64,000 nucleotides of DNA. It comes from an uncultured Actinomycetota bacterium (lineage in GTDB: Bacteria > Actinomycetota > Actinomycetes > Actinomycetales > CAWJMD01). The stretch is from NCBI GenBank assembly GCA_963700925.1, contig OY969553.1, positions 1,016,131-1,080,130 of the forward strand, read 5' to 3'. Position numbers and translations under genes: made by a program. The notes under the pieces are model-generated. The model had not been told where the DNA came from. It was given only the letters and a program-made list of their open reading frames with translations, and searched no databases. Below are positions 35,171-46,097 of the stretch, in pieces (position 1 is the stretch's first letter; every line of letters starts with the position of its first letter).

Positions 35171-36910
35171 TCAGGCCAGCGGGACGATCTCGGGGGCGCC
35201 CATCCGAGCCGAGTCGGCGGTCTCGTCGTCGGGCATCTGCTGCGACTCGCGTTCCGCCTGAACGCGCGCGAAGTAGTGAGAGACCTCCTTGGCGCACTGC
35301 TCCTCGCTCCACCCGAGCACGCCGCCCATCAGGGCGGCGGCCTGCGGGGCGCTCGTGACGCCGCGGTCCCAGGCCTCAATCGAGATCCGGGTGCGGCGGG
35401 CGAGCACGTCGTCGAGGTGACGGGCGCCCTCGTGCGAGGCGGCGTAGACCACCTCGGCCGCGAGGTAGTCTTCGGCACCGTCGAGCGGACGGCCGAGCGA
35501 CGGGTCGGCGGCCACCAGGCCCAGCACCTCGGGGAGCCGAGACCCGAAGCGCCCCAACAGGTGCTCGATCCGCGCGACGTGCAGCCCGCTCGCATCCGCG
35601 GTGCGCCGGCGCGCGTTCCAGGCGGCGTGGTAGCCCTCGGCACCGACCAGCGGGATGCGGTCGGTGCAGCTTGGCGCGACGTGGAAGTCGAGCCCACGCG
35701 AGACCTCGTCGATCGCGTCGGCCGCCATCACCCGGTACGTCGTGTACTTGCCGCCCGCCACCACCACCAGCCCCGGAACAGGGTGCGCGATGATGTGCTC
35801 GCGCGACAGCTTCGACGTGAGTTCGCTGTCGCCCGACAGCAGTGGCCGCAGCCCGGCGTAGACGCCCTCGACGTCCTCTCGCGTCAGCGGTGTGACGAGC
35901 ACGCGGTTGACGTGGTCGAGCAGGTAGTCGATGTCGCTGCTGGACGCCGCGGGGTGCGCCTTGTCGAGCTGCCAGTCCGTGTCGGTCGTGCCGATGATCC
36001 AGTGCCGTCCCCAGGGGATGACGAAGAGGACAGACGTGGCCGTCCTCAGGATCAAGCCGGACGACGACTGAATGCGGTCGCGGGGCACGACGAGGTGGAT
36101 CCCCTTGGACGCGCGCACCTTGAACTGGCCGCGCTCGCCCACCATCGCCTGGGTCTCGTCCGTCCATACGCCCGTCGCGTTGACCACCTGCCGCGCGTGC
36201 ACGTCGATCTCGCGTCCGTGCTCCATGTCGCGGACGCGAGCGCCGACCACTCGCTCGCCCTCGCGCAGGAACCCGACGACGCGGGCGCGGCTGGCCACCA
36301 GGGCTCCGTAGGTCGCGGCGGTGCGGACCAGTGTCATCGTGTGCCGGGCGTCGTCGACACCTGCGTCGTGGTACTGAACCGCGCCGACCAGGGCCTCCTT
36401 GCGCAGGCTCGGCACGACGCGCATCGCCTGGGTGCGCGTGAGGTGCCGGTGCGATGGCAGACCGCTGCCGGTGCCACTCGTCCGCGCCATCGCGTCATAG
36501 AGCGTCAGGCCCGCTCCGACGTAAGGGCGCTCCCAAAGCCGGTGTCGCAGTGGGTAGATGAACGGAACCGAGCGCACCAGATGGGGCGCGAGCCGTTGCA
36601 GCAGCAGCCCGCGCTCGCGAAGCGCCTCGCGCACCAGCCCGAAGTCGAGCATCTCCAGGTACCGCAGTCCACCGTGGATCAGCTTGGACGAGCGCGACGA
36701 CGTGCCACTCGCCCAGTCGCGGGCCTCGACCAGCGCGGTCGTCAGTCCGCGCGTCGCCGCGTCCAGCGCGGCGCCGGCGCCGACCACGCCGCCGCCGATG
36801 ACGAGAACGTCGACCTCCGTCGACGCCATCTCCTCGAGTGCGGCCTCGCGCTCCGCGGGTCCCATCCGTCCAGACCTCATGTCGGACGGTGAGAGCGGTT
36901 CCGGCGACAT
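35171..36910 (-). CDS. glpD: FAD-dependent glycerol-3-phosphate dehydrogenase
   Basis: FAD fold DVLVIGGGVVGAGAALDAATRG. The length and C-terminal alpha-helical domain are typical of GlpD. Confidence 0.9.
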   Translation of the reverse strand: MSPEPLSPSDMRSGRMGPAEREAALEEMASTEVDVLVIGGGVVGAGAALDAATRGLTTALVEARDWASGTSSRSSKLIHGGLRYLEMLDFGLVREALRERGLLLQRLAPHLVRSVPFIYPLRHRLWERPYVGAGLTLYDAMARTSGTGSGLPSHRHLTRTQAMRVVPSLRKEALVGAVQYHDAGVDDARHTMTLVRTAATYGALVASRARVVGFLREGERVVGARVRDMEHGREIDVHARQVVNATGVWTDETQAMVGERGQFKVRASKGIHLVVPRDRIQSSSGLILRTATSVLFVIPWGRHWIIGTTDTDWQLDKAHPAASSSDIDYLLDHVNRVLVTPLTREDVEGVYAGLRPLLSGDSELTSKLSREHIIAHPVPGLVVVAGGKYTTYRVMAADAIDEVSRGLDFHVAPSCTDRIPLVGAEGYHAAWNARRRTADASGLHVARIEHLLGRFGSRLPEVLGLVAADPSLGRPLDGAEDYLAAEVVYAASHEGARHLDDVLARRTRISIEAWDRGVTSAPQAAALMGGVLGWSEEQCAKEVSHYFARVQAERESQQMPDDETADSARMGAPEIVPLA

Positions 36911-36934
36911 GCCTCCCAGTCTGTCAGGGCCGTG

Positions 36935-38248
36935 TCACGGAGCCGTGGGACCGACCTCGTCGCGGCGCGCCCGCAGGTACTGACGCTCGACCTCGTTGCC
37001 GCATCGCTCCACGGCCTCGTCGAACCAGCGTCGGGCCGCAGCCGGGTCGCCGGCACGGACCAGCAGCTCGGCGCGCACCCCGGCGAGGCGATGCGAGTGC
37101 GGGAGGTCGGAGTCGAGGCCCTCGAGCAGCGCGAGGCCCGCGGCGGGGCCGTCGCGTTCCGCCACGGCCACAGCGCGGTTGAGGCGTACGACCGGTGAGC
37201 CGGTGAGCGCCTCGAGCCGGTCGTAGTAGGTGGTGATGACGTCCCACCGCGTGCTCGCGGCGTCCGCGGCGATGGCGTGCTCGGCGGCGATCAGGGCCTG
37301 CAGCAGGTACTGCTCGAGTCGACTCTCGGGCTCACCTCCGGCGTCGGCTCGGGACCGAGCGACATCGTCACTGACGAGTGACTGCAGGATCGCCAGCGCC
37401 TCGGTGATCTCGCCTGTGTACCAACGGGTTCGGTCCTGGTCGGGCAGCAGGACCGGCCGTCCGGTGTCGTCGGTGCGAGCATCGCGCCGCGAGTGCTGCA
37501 GCAGCACGAGAGCCAGCAGCGCCCTCAGCACGTCGTGCTCGGGCAGCAGTCTGGCGACCAGCCGCACGAGCCGCACCGCCTCGCCGGCCAGCCCGACGCG
37601 CACGAGGTCAGCCCCCGTCGCCGGTGCGTAGCCGGCGGTGAAGGCGAGGTACGCCACGTCGGCGAGCACCGCCACGCGCTCCGGCAGCTCGTTCTCCTCC
37701 GGAACCCGCAGCGCGACACCGGCTCGCACGAGCTTCCTCTTGGCGCGGGTCAGGCGCGCCGCCATCGTCGCCTCCGGCACGAGGAAGAGCCGAGCGATGT
37801 CGGACGTCGGCACGCCCAGCACGAGGCGAAGCGTGAGGGCGCTGGCCGCCTCCGGCCCGAGCGCCGGGTGGGCACACAGCAGGACCAGCCGAAGCAGCTC
37901 GTCACCCAGCTCTGGTGGGTCCCCACCGACCTGGCCGGCCGGGTCGGACGCGCGCTCCCCCGCCTCGTCCCGGCGCCGGGCCTCCACCAGCAGTAGGGGC
38001 TCCTTGCGGGCAGCGACCGCCTCGCCCCGCAACTTGTCGAGCACCCGACGACGAGCGGCGGTCAGCAGCCACGCGGCCGGGTTGTCGGGCGTGCCGTCGA
38101 CCGGCCATCGACGCGCAGCGGTCTCGAACGCATCGGCGAGCGCGTCCTCGGCCAGGTCAAGGCGCTGGTACCGCGCCACGAGCAGGGCCAGCAACCGGCC
38201 CCACTCGTCCCGCCAGACCTGGCCGAGGACGTCGCCTGCCACGCTCAC
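36935..38248 (-). CDS. ECF sigma factor with long C-terminal TPR-like extension (ECF42-type)
   Basis: N-terminal sigma-2/sigma-4 (LAEDALADAFETAARRWP..., PEATMAARLTRAKRKL) plus about 230 aa of helical extension. It lies directly downstream of two DGPF/YciI genes. Confidence 0.85.
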   Translation of the reverse strand: MSVAGDVLGQVWRDEWGRLLALLVARYQRLDLAEDALADAFETAARRWPVDGTPDNPAAWLLTAARRRVLDKLRGEAVAARKEPLLLVEARRRDEAGERASDPAGQVGGDPPELGDELLRLVLLCAHPALGPEAASALTLRLVLGVPTSDIARLFLVPEATMAARLTRAKRKLVRAGVALRVPEENELPERVAVLADVAYLAFTAGYAPATGADLVRVGLAGEAVRLVRLVARLLPEHDVLRALLALVLLQHSRRDARTDDTGRPVLLPDQDRTRWYTGEITEALAILQSLVSDDVARSRADAGGEPESRLEQYLLQALIAAEHAIAADAASTRWDVITTYYDRLEALTGSPVVRLNRAVAVAERDGPAAGLALLEGLDSDLPHSHRLAGVRAELLVRAGDPAAARRWFDEAVERCGNEVERQYLRARRDEVGPTAP

Positions 38249-38589
38249 CCGACGTCGACGGTGGCTCGGATCTCGACGGTGTAGCTCTGCGGCAGCAGCT
38301 TCGCGAGAGCGAGCATCGTGTCCAGGTCGTCCGCGTCCACGAGGTAGAACCCGCCCATCTGCTCGACCGACTCGGCGAACGGGCCGTCGGTCAGCACCGG
38401 CCGACCCTGCTCGTGGCGTAGCGTCGTGGTCTCGCCCTCGCTGGCAAGGGCCTCGCCCCCGACGAGACTCGCCTGGTTGCGCACCGCCTTGTCGAACGCC
38501 TCGTGCGCCGCCATCACCTGCTGCCGCTCGTCGCTGGTGGCGTCGGCCCAGACCTGCTCGTCCTGGTAGAGCAGGACCAGGTACCTCAT
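38245..38589 (-). CDS. YciI/DGPF domain protein
   Basis: 114 aa starting MRYLVLLY, with motif LTDGPFAESVEQMGGFYLVD. Confidence 0.85.
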   Translation of the reverse strand: MRYLVLLYQDEQVWADATSDERQQVMAAHEAFDKAVRNQASLVGGEALASEGETTTLRHEQGRPVLTDGPFAESVEQMGGFYLVDADDLDTMLALAKLLPQSYTVEIRATVDVG

Positions 38590-38594
38590 CGCAC

Positions 38595-39005
38595 CTACAC
38601 CCTTGCCGACGCGTCGGCTGAGACGTTGACCGACGTCTCCGCGGAGGGTGCGCTGGGCTGTGGGACGGTGGCGCGCACCTCGATGGCCTCGTCGCCGGCG
38701 AGCAGGCCGCACACCTTGAGGAGATCGTCGAGGTCGTCGGTCTCGACCAGGTAGAAGCCTGTGAGCTGCTCCGCCGCCTCGGCGTAGGGACCGTCCGTGA
38801 CGGTGACGGCGTCCAGCCCGCCGCGCACGACCTTCGCCTCGCGCGAGTGCGTCAGCTCGGCGCCACCGGTCATCCTGTGCCCGCGCTCTCCCAGGAGTCG
38901 CATGAACTCCGTGTGCTTGGCGTACATGGCGTTGCGGTGGTCGGGCGTGGCGTTGGCCCAGCCGTCCTCGTCGCCGGGGAGTAGTACCGCGTACTCGGTG
39001 CTCAT
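38595..39005 (-). CDS. YciI/DGPF domain protein
   Basis: 136 aa with EYAVLLPGDE near the N-terminus and motif VTDGPYAEAAEQLTGFYLVE. Confidence 0.85.
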   Translation of the reverse strand: MSTEYAVLLPGDEDGWANATPDHRNAMYAKHTEFMRLLGERGHRMTGGAELTHSREAKVVRGGLDAVTVTDGPYAEAAEQLTGFYLVETDDLDDLLKVCGLLAGDEAIEVRATVPQPSAPSAETSVNVSADASARV

Positions 39006-39107
39006 CGGAGTGTCCTTCCGGTCGGTGCGGGATCGCCAGCTGCGTTCCTCACCACGATGACGGTCGAGCCGGGCCGATTTCGACAACTGGGCTCGACAAT
39101 CCGCACG

Positions 39108-40232
39108 TCACGTCGGCTGGTAGGGCGAGACGACGACCTCGACTCGCTGGAACTCCTTGAGGTCGGAGTAGCCGGTCGTGGCCATCGCGCGGCGCAGGGC
39201 ACCGACGAGGTTGGTCGTGCCGTCGGCGTAACGCCCTGGGCCGAGCAGAATCTCGGCCAGCGGGCCGACGGTGCCCACCTGCACGCGCACGCCGCGGGGC
39301 AGCTCGGCGTGGTGTGCCTCCGGCCCCCAGTGCCAACCCTGCCCGGGCGCCTCCTTCGCGCGGGCGAGGGCGGCTCCCAGCATCACGGCGTCGGCACCGA
39401 CCGCGATGGCCTTGACCAGGTCGCCCGACCGTCCGACACCGCCGTCGGCGATGACGTGCACGTACCGACCGCCCGACTCGTCCATGTAGTCGCGCCGCGC
39501 GGCGGCCACGTCGGCGACGGCGGACGCCATCGGCACGTGGATGCCCAGGGTCTGCCGCGTGGTGTGCGCCGCGCCGCCGCCGAAGCCGACCAGCACGCCC
39601 GCCGCGCCGGTTCGCATCAGGTGCAGGGCGGCGGTGTAGGTCGCACAGCCACCAACGATCACGGGCACGTCGAGCTCGTAGATGAATCGCTTGAGGTTCA
39701 GCGGCTCGACGCGGCCCGAGACGTGCTCGGCCGAGACGGTGGTGCCGCGGATGACGAACAGGTCGACGCCTGCGTCGACGACCGTCTTCCAGAGGTCCTG
39801 CGTGCGCTGGGGGGTCAGCGCGCCGGCCACAGTGACTCCGGCGTCGCGGATCTCGCGGATGCGCGCCACGATCAGGTCGGGATCGACGTCGGCGGCATAC
39901 AGCTCCTGCATGCGCCTCGTGGCCTGGTCCTTGTCGAGGCCGACGATCTCCGCGAGCAGCGGCTCCGGCGTCTCGTACCGCGTCCAGAGGCCCTCGAGGT
40001 CGAGCACGCCCAAGCCACCCAGCTGCCCGAGCGCGACCGCTGTCGTCGGCGACATCACCGAGTCCATCGGCGCAGACATCACGGGCAGCTCGAAGTGGTA
40101 GGCGTCGATCTGCCAGGCGCACGACACCTCCTCGGGGTCACGCGTGCGCCGGCTCGGCACGATCGCCACGTCGTCGAAGGAGTAGGCCCGACGGCCCCGC
40201 TTGCCCCGGCCGATCTCGATCTCGCTCATCAC
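39108..40232 (-). CDS. GuaB3-type IMP dehydrogenase family protein (no CBS domains)
   Basis: TIM-barrel IMPDH motifs (DDVAIVPSRRTRD, ADGGVGRSGDLVKAIAVGADAVMLG). Its position next to guaB matches M. tuberculosis guaB3. Confidence 0.9.
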   Translation of the reverse strand: MMSEIEIGRGKRGRRAYSFDDVAIVPSRRTRDPEEVSCAWQIDAYHFELPVMSAPMDSVMSPTTAVALGQLGGLGVLDLEGLWTRYETPEPLLAEIVGLDKDQATRRMQELYAADVDPDLIVARIREIRDAGVTVAGALTPQRTQDLWKTVVDAGVDLFVIRGTTVSAEHVSGRVEPLNLKRFIYELDVPVIVGGCATYTAALHLMRTGAAGVLVGFGGGAAHTTRQTLGIHVPMASAVADVAAARRDYMDESGGRYVHVIADGGVGRSGDLVKAIAVGADAVMLGAALARAKEAPGQGWHWGPEAHHAELPRGVRVQVGTVGPLAEILLGPGRYADGTTNLVGALRRAMATTGYSDLKEFQRVEVVVSPYQPT

Positions 40233-40291
40233 CGCGTCAGGCTATCGGCCAGCGCCAGGGGGTCGAGCAGCGAGAATGGTTGACTGGAGCG

Positions 40292-41385
40292 ATGGGGGCG
40301 TCGGAGGTCCTGGCGTACCCGGCGTTCGTGCGTCTGTGGATCGCCGACACCGTCTCCGCGCTGGGCACTTTCATCTCGGCGCTGGCTCTTCAGTTCCTCA
40401 TGATCGAGACGATGAACGCCGACCAGGCGGCGCTCGGAGTCGTCCGTGCAGCCCAGTGGCTGCCCAGCCTGACTCTCGGTCTGCTCGCGGGCGTCCGCTG
40501 GTCTCCGTCGCCGCGAACCAGTCGTTCCTACCGCGCCTGGTTCCCGTCACGTTGCTCCCGGTCGCGAACGCGCGAATCCTGCAGACCTTGACGGCTGCCC
40601 AGTCGGTGGGTCCGCTCGCGGCGGGCGCGCTCGTCAGGTTCCTGTCCGCGCCGCTGGCGATCCTCGTCGACGCGCTCACCTTCGCGGTCTCCGCGGTGCT
40701 CCTGTGCACCATTCGTGTGGAGGAGCCGCCCGGAGCTCACGAGGACAGGCACCTGTGGCGCGAGCTGAAGGAGGGAGCCCGCTGGGTCTACCGTCACCGC
40801 ACCCTCGCGCCGTACGCGATCTCGCTGCACCTCTGGTTCTTCTTCAGCTCGGGGATCATGACGATCTACGTCTTCTTCGCTGCCCGCGACCTCGGCCTCG
40901 ATCCCCTGACGATTGGTCTCGTGCTGGCATGCGGGGGCGTCACCGGGGTGATCGGTGCAGGTCTCGCACCCCGGGCGGGAGAGCGCTTCGGGCTGGGCGT
41001 CGTGTGCGTGGTCAGCGACTGGTCGTACCCGGTCGCGTTCGTGTTCGTCCTGCTGGCGCCGGACGGGGCGGCAGGCGCCGTCAGCCTGGTGGCAGGGCAG
41101 CTGCTCTTCGGGCTCGGCCTCGGCCTCAAGGGTCCGCTCGAGATGAGCTACCGCAACGCCGTGACCCCTGACCGGCTCCGAGCGCGGATGAACGCGACGA
41201 TCCGGTCGTTGAACTGGGGGTCGATCGCCGTGTCGGCACCGCTGGCCGGGTGGTTCGCGGCGACCTGGGGGAACCGCCCGCTCATCGCCATGGGGATCGG
41301 GGGGCTGGCAGGCGCCGCACTGCTGCTCACCCTCTCCCCGTTCCGAACAGCGCGGATGCCGGACGCGGACGAGGTACTTGGCTGA
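40292..41385 (+). pseudogene. MFS transporter with out-of-frame internal deletion
   Basis: TM1-2 (VRLWIADTVSALGTF...AQWLPSLTLGLLAGV) read in one frame up to about 40495. The rest (VSVAANQSFLPRLVP... to the end) reads in another frame. An estimated 45-50 residues, from comparison with typical family length, are missing at the junction. Confidence 0.7.
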
Positions 41386-41400
41386 GAACGACCGTGACCG

Positions 41401-42987
<1,587 letters not shown>

Positions 42988-43569
42988 TCACCTCGGAATG
43001 CCCTCCAGGACCGCGCGACCACGGGGCGACAGCCTGTAGCCGACAGCCAGCGACTCGGTGAGGCCCAGCTCCTTCAGCTTGCGGACGTCACGCTTGAAGC
43101 TGAGCGTGTCGCGCCCGAGCCCCTCGGCGAGGTCGGGGGCCCGTGTGGCGGGGAACCGGTCGATGACGTCCAACGTCTGCTGCGTCCACGGTCCACGACG
43201 CGACAACCGGTCGAGGCGGTCGAGGGACCGACGCAGCTGGTCGAGGTCGTGGTCGCCGAGGTCGGCCTTCTCGCGCAAGGCGACTCGAGGGTCGGGCCCG
43301 GCGAACCGCAGCCTGACCCGGAAGACGGGCCGTTCGGGATGCGCGGCGAGCCGGGCGACCAGGTCGTCCCGGGAGCTCGCGCCGGCGCGGCGCGCCTCGT
43401 CGTCGGTGACCGCGTCTAGGTCGACCTCGTCGACGGACGTGACCTCCACGAGCCCGATCGCCGTGCGCATCCTCGTCCCGACCAGGAGCCGGGGACGGTC
43501 CCAGCGCCGGAACGCCAGATCCACCTCGCCCGCGAGGATCTGCTCCAGCTCGACGGGTCGGATCAGCAC
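42988..43569 (-). CDS. hypothetical protein, ASCH-like N-terminus and winged-helix C-terminus
   Basis: 193-aa ORF with coding-like G/C third positions. The domain assignment is weak, based on ILAGEVDLAFRRW and the C-terminal RDVRKLKELGLTESL. Confidence 0.55.
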   Translation of the reverse strand: MLIRPVELEQILAGEVDLAFRRWDRPRLLVGTRMRTAIGLVEVTSVDEVDLDAVTDDEARRAGASSRDDLVARLAAHPERPVFRVRLRFAGPDPRVALREKADLGDHDLDQLRRSLDRLDRLSRRGPWTQQTLDVIDRFPATRAPDLAEGLGRDTLSFKRDVRKLKELGLTESLAVGYRLSPRGRAVLEGIPR

Positions 43570-43582
43570 GCTGTGCCCCAGA

Positions 43583-43645
43583 GGCTCACGGCAGGCTCAC
43601 ATCAGGCTCACATCAGGCTCACATCAGGCTCAGGCGGGCTCAGGA
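43583..43645. repeat. 11-bp tandem repeat, about 6 units, starting at the rsdA stop codon
   Basis: ggctcacggca, ggctcacatca x3, ggctcaggcg, ggctcagga. On the gene strand every unit carries a TGA, and together the TGAs cover all three frames. Confidence 0.9.
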
Positions 43646-44656
43646 CGGGGTGGGTGAGGACGTGGCCGCCGGCTTCTTGGGCTTCCTGTCCTTGCCCTGA
43701 CCCGGCGGGTCGTGCGGCGGGCCCATCTCAGCCGAGATCGTCGGCTCGGGGGCCGGGCTGCCGGACGCCGGCGGACGGTGGCTCGAGGTGGCCGAGCCCC
43801 CATCGGTGGGCGGGCCGGTGCCGGTGGGCTGACCCGTCGGCGCGGTCGTCGGTGCCGTAGTCGGCCCGTTGGTCGGCCCGTTGGTCGGCCCGTTGGTCGG
43901 CCCAGTGGTCGGCGCATCGGTCGGTCCGTTGGTCGGCCCATCGGTCGACCCATCGGTCGGTCCAGTGGTCGGACCCGTGCCCGTCGGGCCACCCGGGCTC
44001 GACGGAGGCTGCCCTCGGTCGCCGTGAGCGTGGCCCTGGCTGTCGTCGTGCCAGCCCGAGGTGCCTGCGCCGTCATCGACCGACGAGGCCAGCAGGTCGT
44101 TGGCCGTCGACAGGTCGTCGAGCATGAGCGCCTGCTCGTCCTGCGGAAGGCTGCCCACCAGCCCCGACGCGGCGGCCAGCACGTTCCGCGCGCCCTCGAC
44201 GTCGCCGGCTGCGAGCAGCTCGCGTGCACGGTCGAGCTGGTGCTGCGCCGAGGCGCCGTCCTCGGAGCGGAGCAGCGGGGAGTGGTCCTCGGGAGACGCC
44301 GCGGCGATCACGGTCTCCTGCAGCCGGGAGAACCCGGCCAGCGGGTCGCCGGCGACGGCAGCGGCCACGCCCGTCCCGCCTGCCAGCGTCCCGGCCAGAA
44401 CGGCTGCGCCGATCACGGCTTGCCGCATGGCCAGAACCCTGCGAGGGCGTCGGGTCAAAGGATCCGGCGCCACAGTGCGAGCGGGCGCTTCTGGGCGGCG
44501 TGTCTCGTGCACCCACGCGGCCAGGAGCCGCTCAGTGGGATCGGTGGTCTCGTGCCGCCGGGGGCTCCCGACAGGCTCCGCACCGAGCCGGTCGAGCAGC
44601 GCGTCGTCGCGGTGCACTGCCGACAGGTCGAGCGGCGCGGCGTCAAGATCGGTCAC
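43640..44656 (-). CDS. rsdA: anti-sigma-D factor RsdA family protein
   Basis: N-terminus [16 protein letters not shown]. One TM helix ([15 protein letters not shown]). GTGA overlap with sigD. The C-terminus is a Gly/Pro/Thr repeat region. Confidence 0.8.
   Translation of the reverse strand: MTDLDAAPLDLSAVHRDDALLDRLGAEPVGSPRRHETTDPTERLLAAWVHETRRPEAPARTVAPDPLTRRPRRVLAMRQAVIGAAVLAGTLAGGTGVAAAVAGDPLAGFSRLQETVIAAASPEDHSPLLRSEDGASAQHQLDRARELLAAGDVEGARNVLAAASGLVGSLPQDEQALMLDDLSTANDLLASSVDDGAGTSGWHDDSQGHAHGDRGQPPSSPGGPTGTGPTTGPTDGSTDGPTNGPTDAPTTGPTNGPTNGPTNGPTTAPTTAPTGQPTGTGPPTDGGSATSSHRPPASGSPAPEPTISAEMGPPHDPPGQGKDRKPKKPAATSSPTPS
43860..43979. repeat. 12-bp tandem repeat, 10 units, coding (GPT[NDT])n
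   Basis: Unit gtcggcccgttg and variants. They encode [36 protein letters not shown] in RsdA. Confidence 0.9.
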
Positions 44657-45273
44657 GATCTCTCCTCCACGAGCGCCCTGAGCCGTTGGAGGGCGCGGTG
44701 CTGCGCCACCCGTACCGCGCCGGGACTCATGTCCAGGACCTGCCCGACCTCCTGCGCCGAGAGCCCGACGGCGACCCGCAGGGTGAGCAGCTCGCGCTGG
44801 GCCTCGGGCAGCTGGTCCAGCAGCTCGCCGAGCTCCTCCGCGTCCGCCCGGCGCAGGGCCACGTCCTCGGGGGTGGGCGCCTCGTCGACCTGGTCGGGAA
44901 CCTCCTCGACGGTCACCGGGGCCCGGTAAGCCGCGCGCATCGCGTCAGCGACGCGCCGCGACGCGATCGTGAAGACGAAGGCCTCGAAGGGCCGGCCCGT
45001 GTGGCGGTAGCGCGGCAGTGCGTCGAGCACCGCCACGCAGACCTCCTGCGCCGCGTCCTCGGCGGCATGCTCGGCACCGGGCAGCGAGCCCAACCGTCCG
45101 CGGCAGTAGCGGTGAACCATCTTGCGGACACTGTTGAGCAGCTGCTCGACCGCCGCCGGATCCCCCGAGGAGGCGCGGGTGGCCACCTCCTGCAGACCGC
45201 CTTGGCTCGTCGCCGTCGTCGGCGTGGGTGTGCTGACAGGGACACCGTCGCCGTTCGCGTAGCCCCACGTCAC
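44653..45273 (-). CDS. sigD: ECF sigma factor SigD
   Basis: Sigma-2 ([19 protein letters not shown]) and sigma-4 ([41 protein letters not shown]). Synteny with rsdA, guaB and whiB matches mycobacteria. Confidence 0.85.
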   Translation of the reverse strand: MTWGYANGDGVPVSTPTPTTATSQGGLQEVATRASSGDPAAVEQLLNSVRKMVHRYCRGRLGSLPGAEHAAEDAAQEVCVAVLDALPRYRHTGRPFEAFVFTIASRRVADAMRAAYRAPVTVEEVPDQVDEAPTPEDVALRRADAEELGELLDQLPEAQRELLTLRVAVGLSAQEVGQVLDMSPGAVRVAQHRALQRLRALVEERS

Positions 45274-45324
45274 GTCCCCAAGAGCACCAGATGTGCCCCC
45301 GGGCTGTCGAGTCGAGAGGGAGGT

Positions 45325-45942
45325 CTAACGCACGACGCCGGCGCGGAAGCCGACGGCGACCGCCTGGGCGCGGTCAGCGGCACCGAGCTTGCGGAACAGC
45401 CGGCGGGCGTGGGTCTTGACGGTGTCCTCGGAGAGGAAGAGGTCGCGGCCGATCTCGGCGTTGCTGCGTCCGCGACTCATGCCTGTGAGCACCTGGATCT
45501 CGCGCTCGGTCAGGTCGGGCGGGGTGACGTCGCTGCCCGGCCGCGGGTCGACGACGCTCTGTCGACGTCCTTCGGTGATCACGTGCAGCACGGCCGCTGA
45601 AAGCTCCTCGCGGGCTGCGTCCTTGGCGACGTAGCCGCGCGCTCCGGCCATCACGGCCCGGGCCATCTGGTCGCCGTCCTCGGAGCCGACGAGCATGACG
45701 ACCGAGGCCTCAGGGTGGCGCTCGACGAGCTGGCGGGTGCTTTCCACTCCACCGAGGCCGGGCATCCGAACGTCCATCAGCACGACGGACGGGCGCTCGA
45801 CGGGCCAACGGGCGAGGCACTCCTCGCCACTGGACGCGGTCACGACACGCGTCACCCCCGGCACGGCGCTGACGCCACGCTTGAGGGTGTCACGCACAGC
45901 GGAGGAGTCGTCGCAGACCAGCACCGTCGACACGGGTACCAC
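45325..45942 (-). CDS. NarL/FixJ (LuxR-type) response regulator, orphan
   Basis: Receiver domain with CDDS, LMDVRMPG and YVAKD motifs. C-terminal LuxR HTH LTEREIQVLTGMSRGRSNAEIGRDLFLSEDTVKTH. No adjacent histidine kinase. Confidence 0.85.
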   Translation of the reverse strand: MVPVSTVLVCDDSSAVRDTLKRGVSAVPGVTRVVTASSGEECLARWPVERPSVVLMDVRMPGLGGVESTRQLVERHPEASVVMLVGSEDGDQMARAVMAGARGYVAKDAAREELSAAVLHVITEGRRQSVVDPRPGSDVTPPDLTEREIQVLTGMSRGRSNAEIGRDLFLSEDTVKTHARRLFRKLGAADRAQAVAVGFRAGVVR

Positions 45943-46097
45943 CTCTCAGGCCGGCCTTTGAATCAAACGATCAGTCACAGCGACACCCCGGCCCGGTATG
46001 TGCCACCAGAAGTGGTGTCGGCACGTTCGGGCCTCAACGTGAGCGTATGGCAGAGGATACCGGTGAAGGCGTCAAAAGGGGATGAAACGCACCGTCG

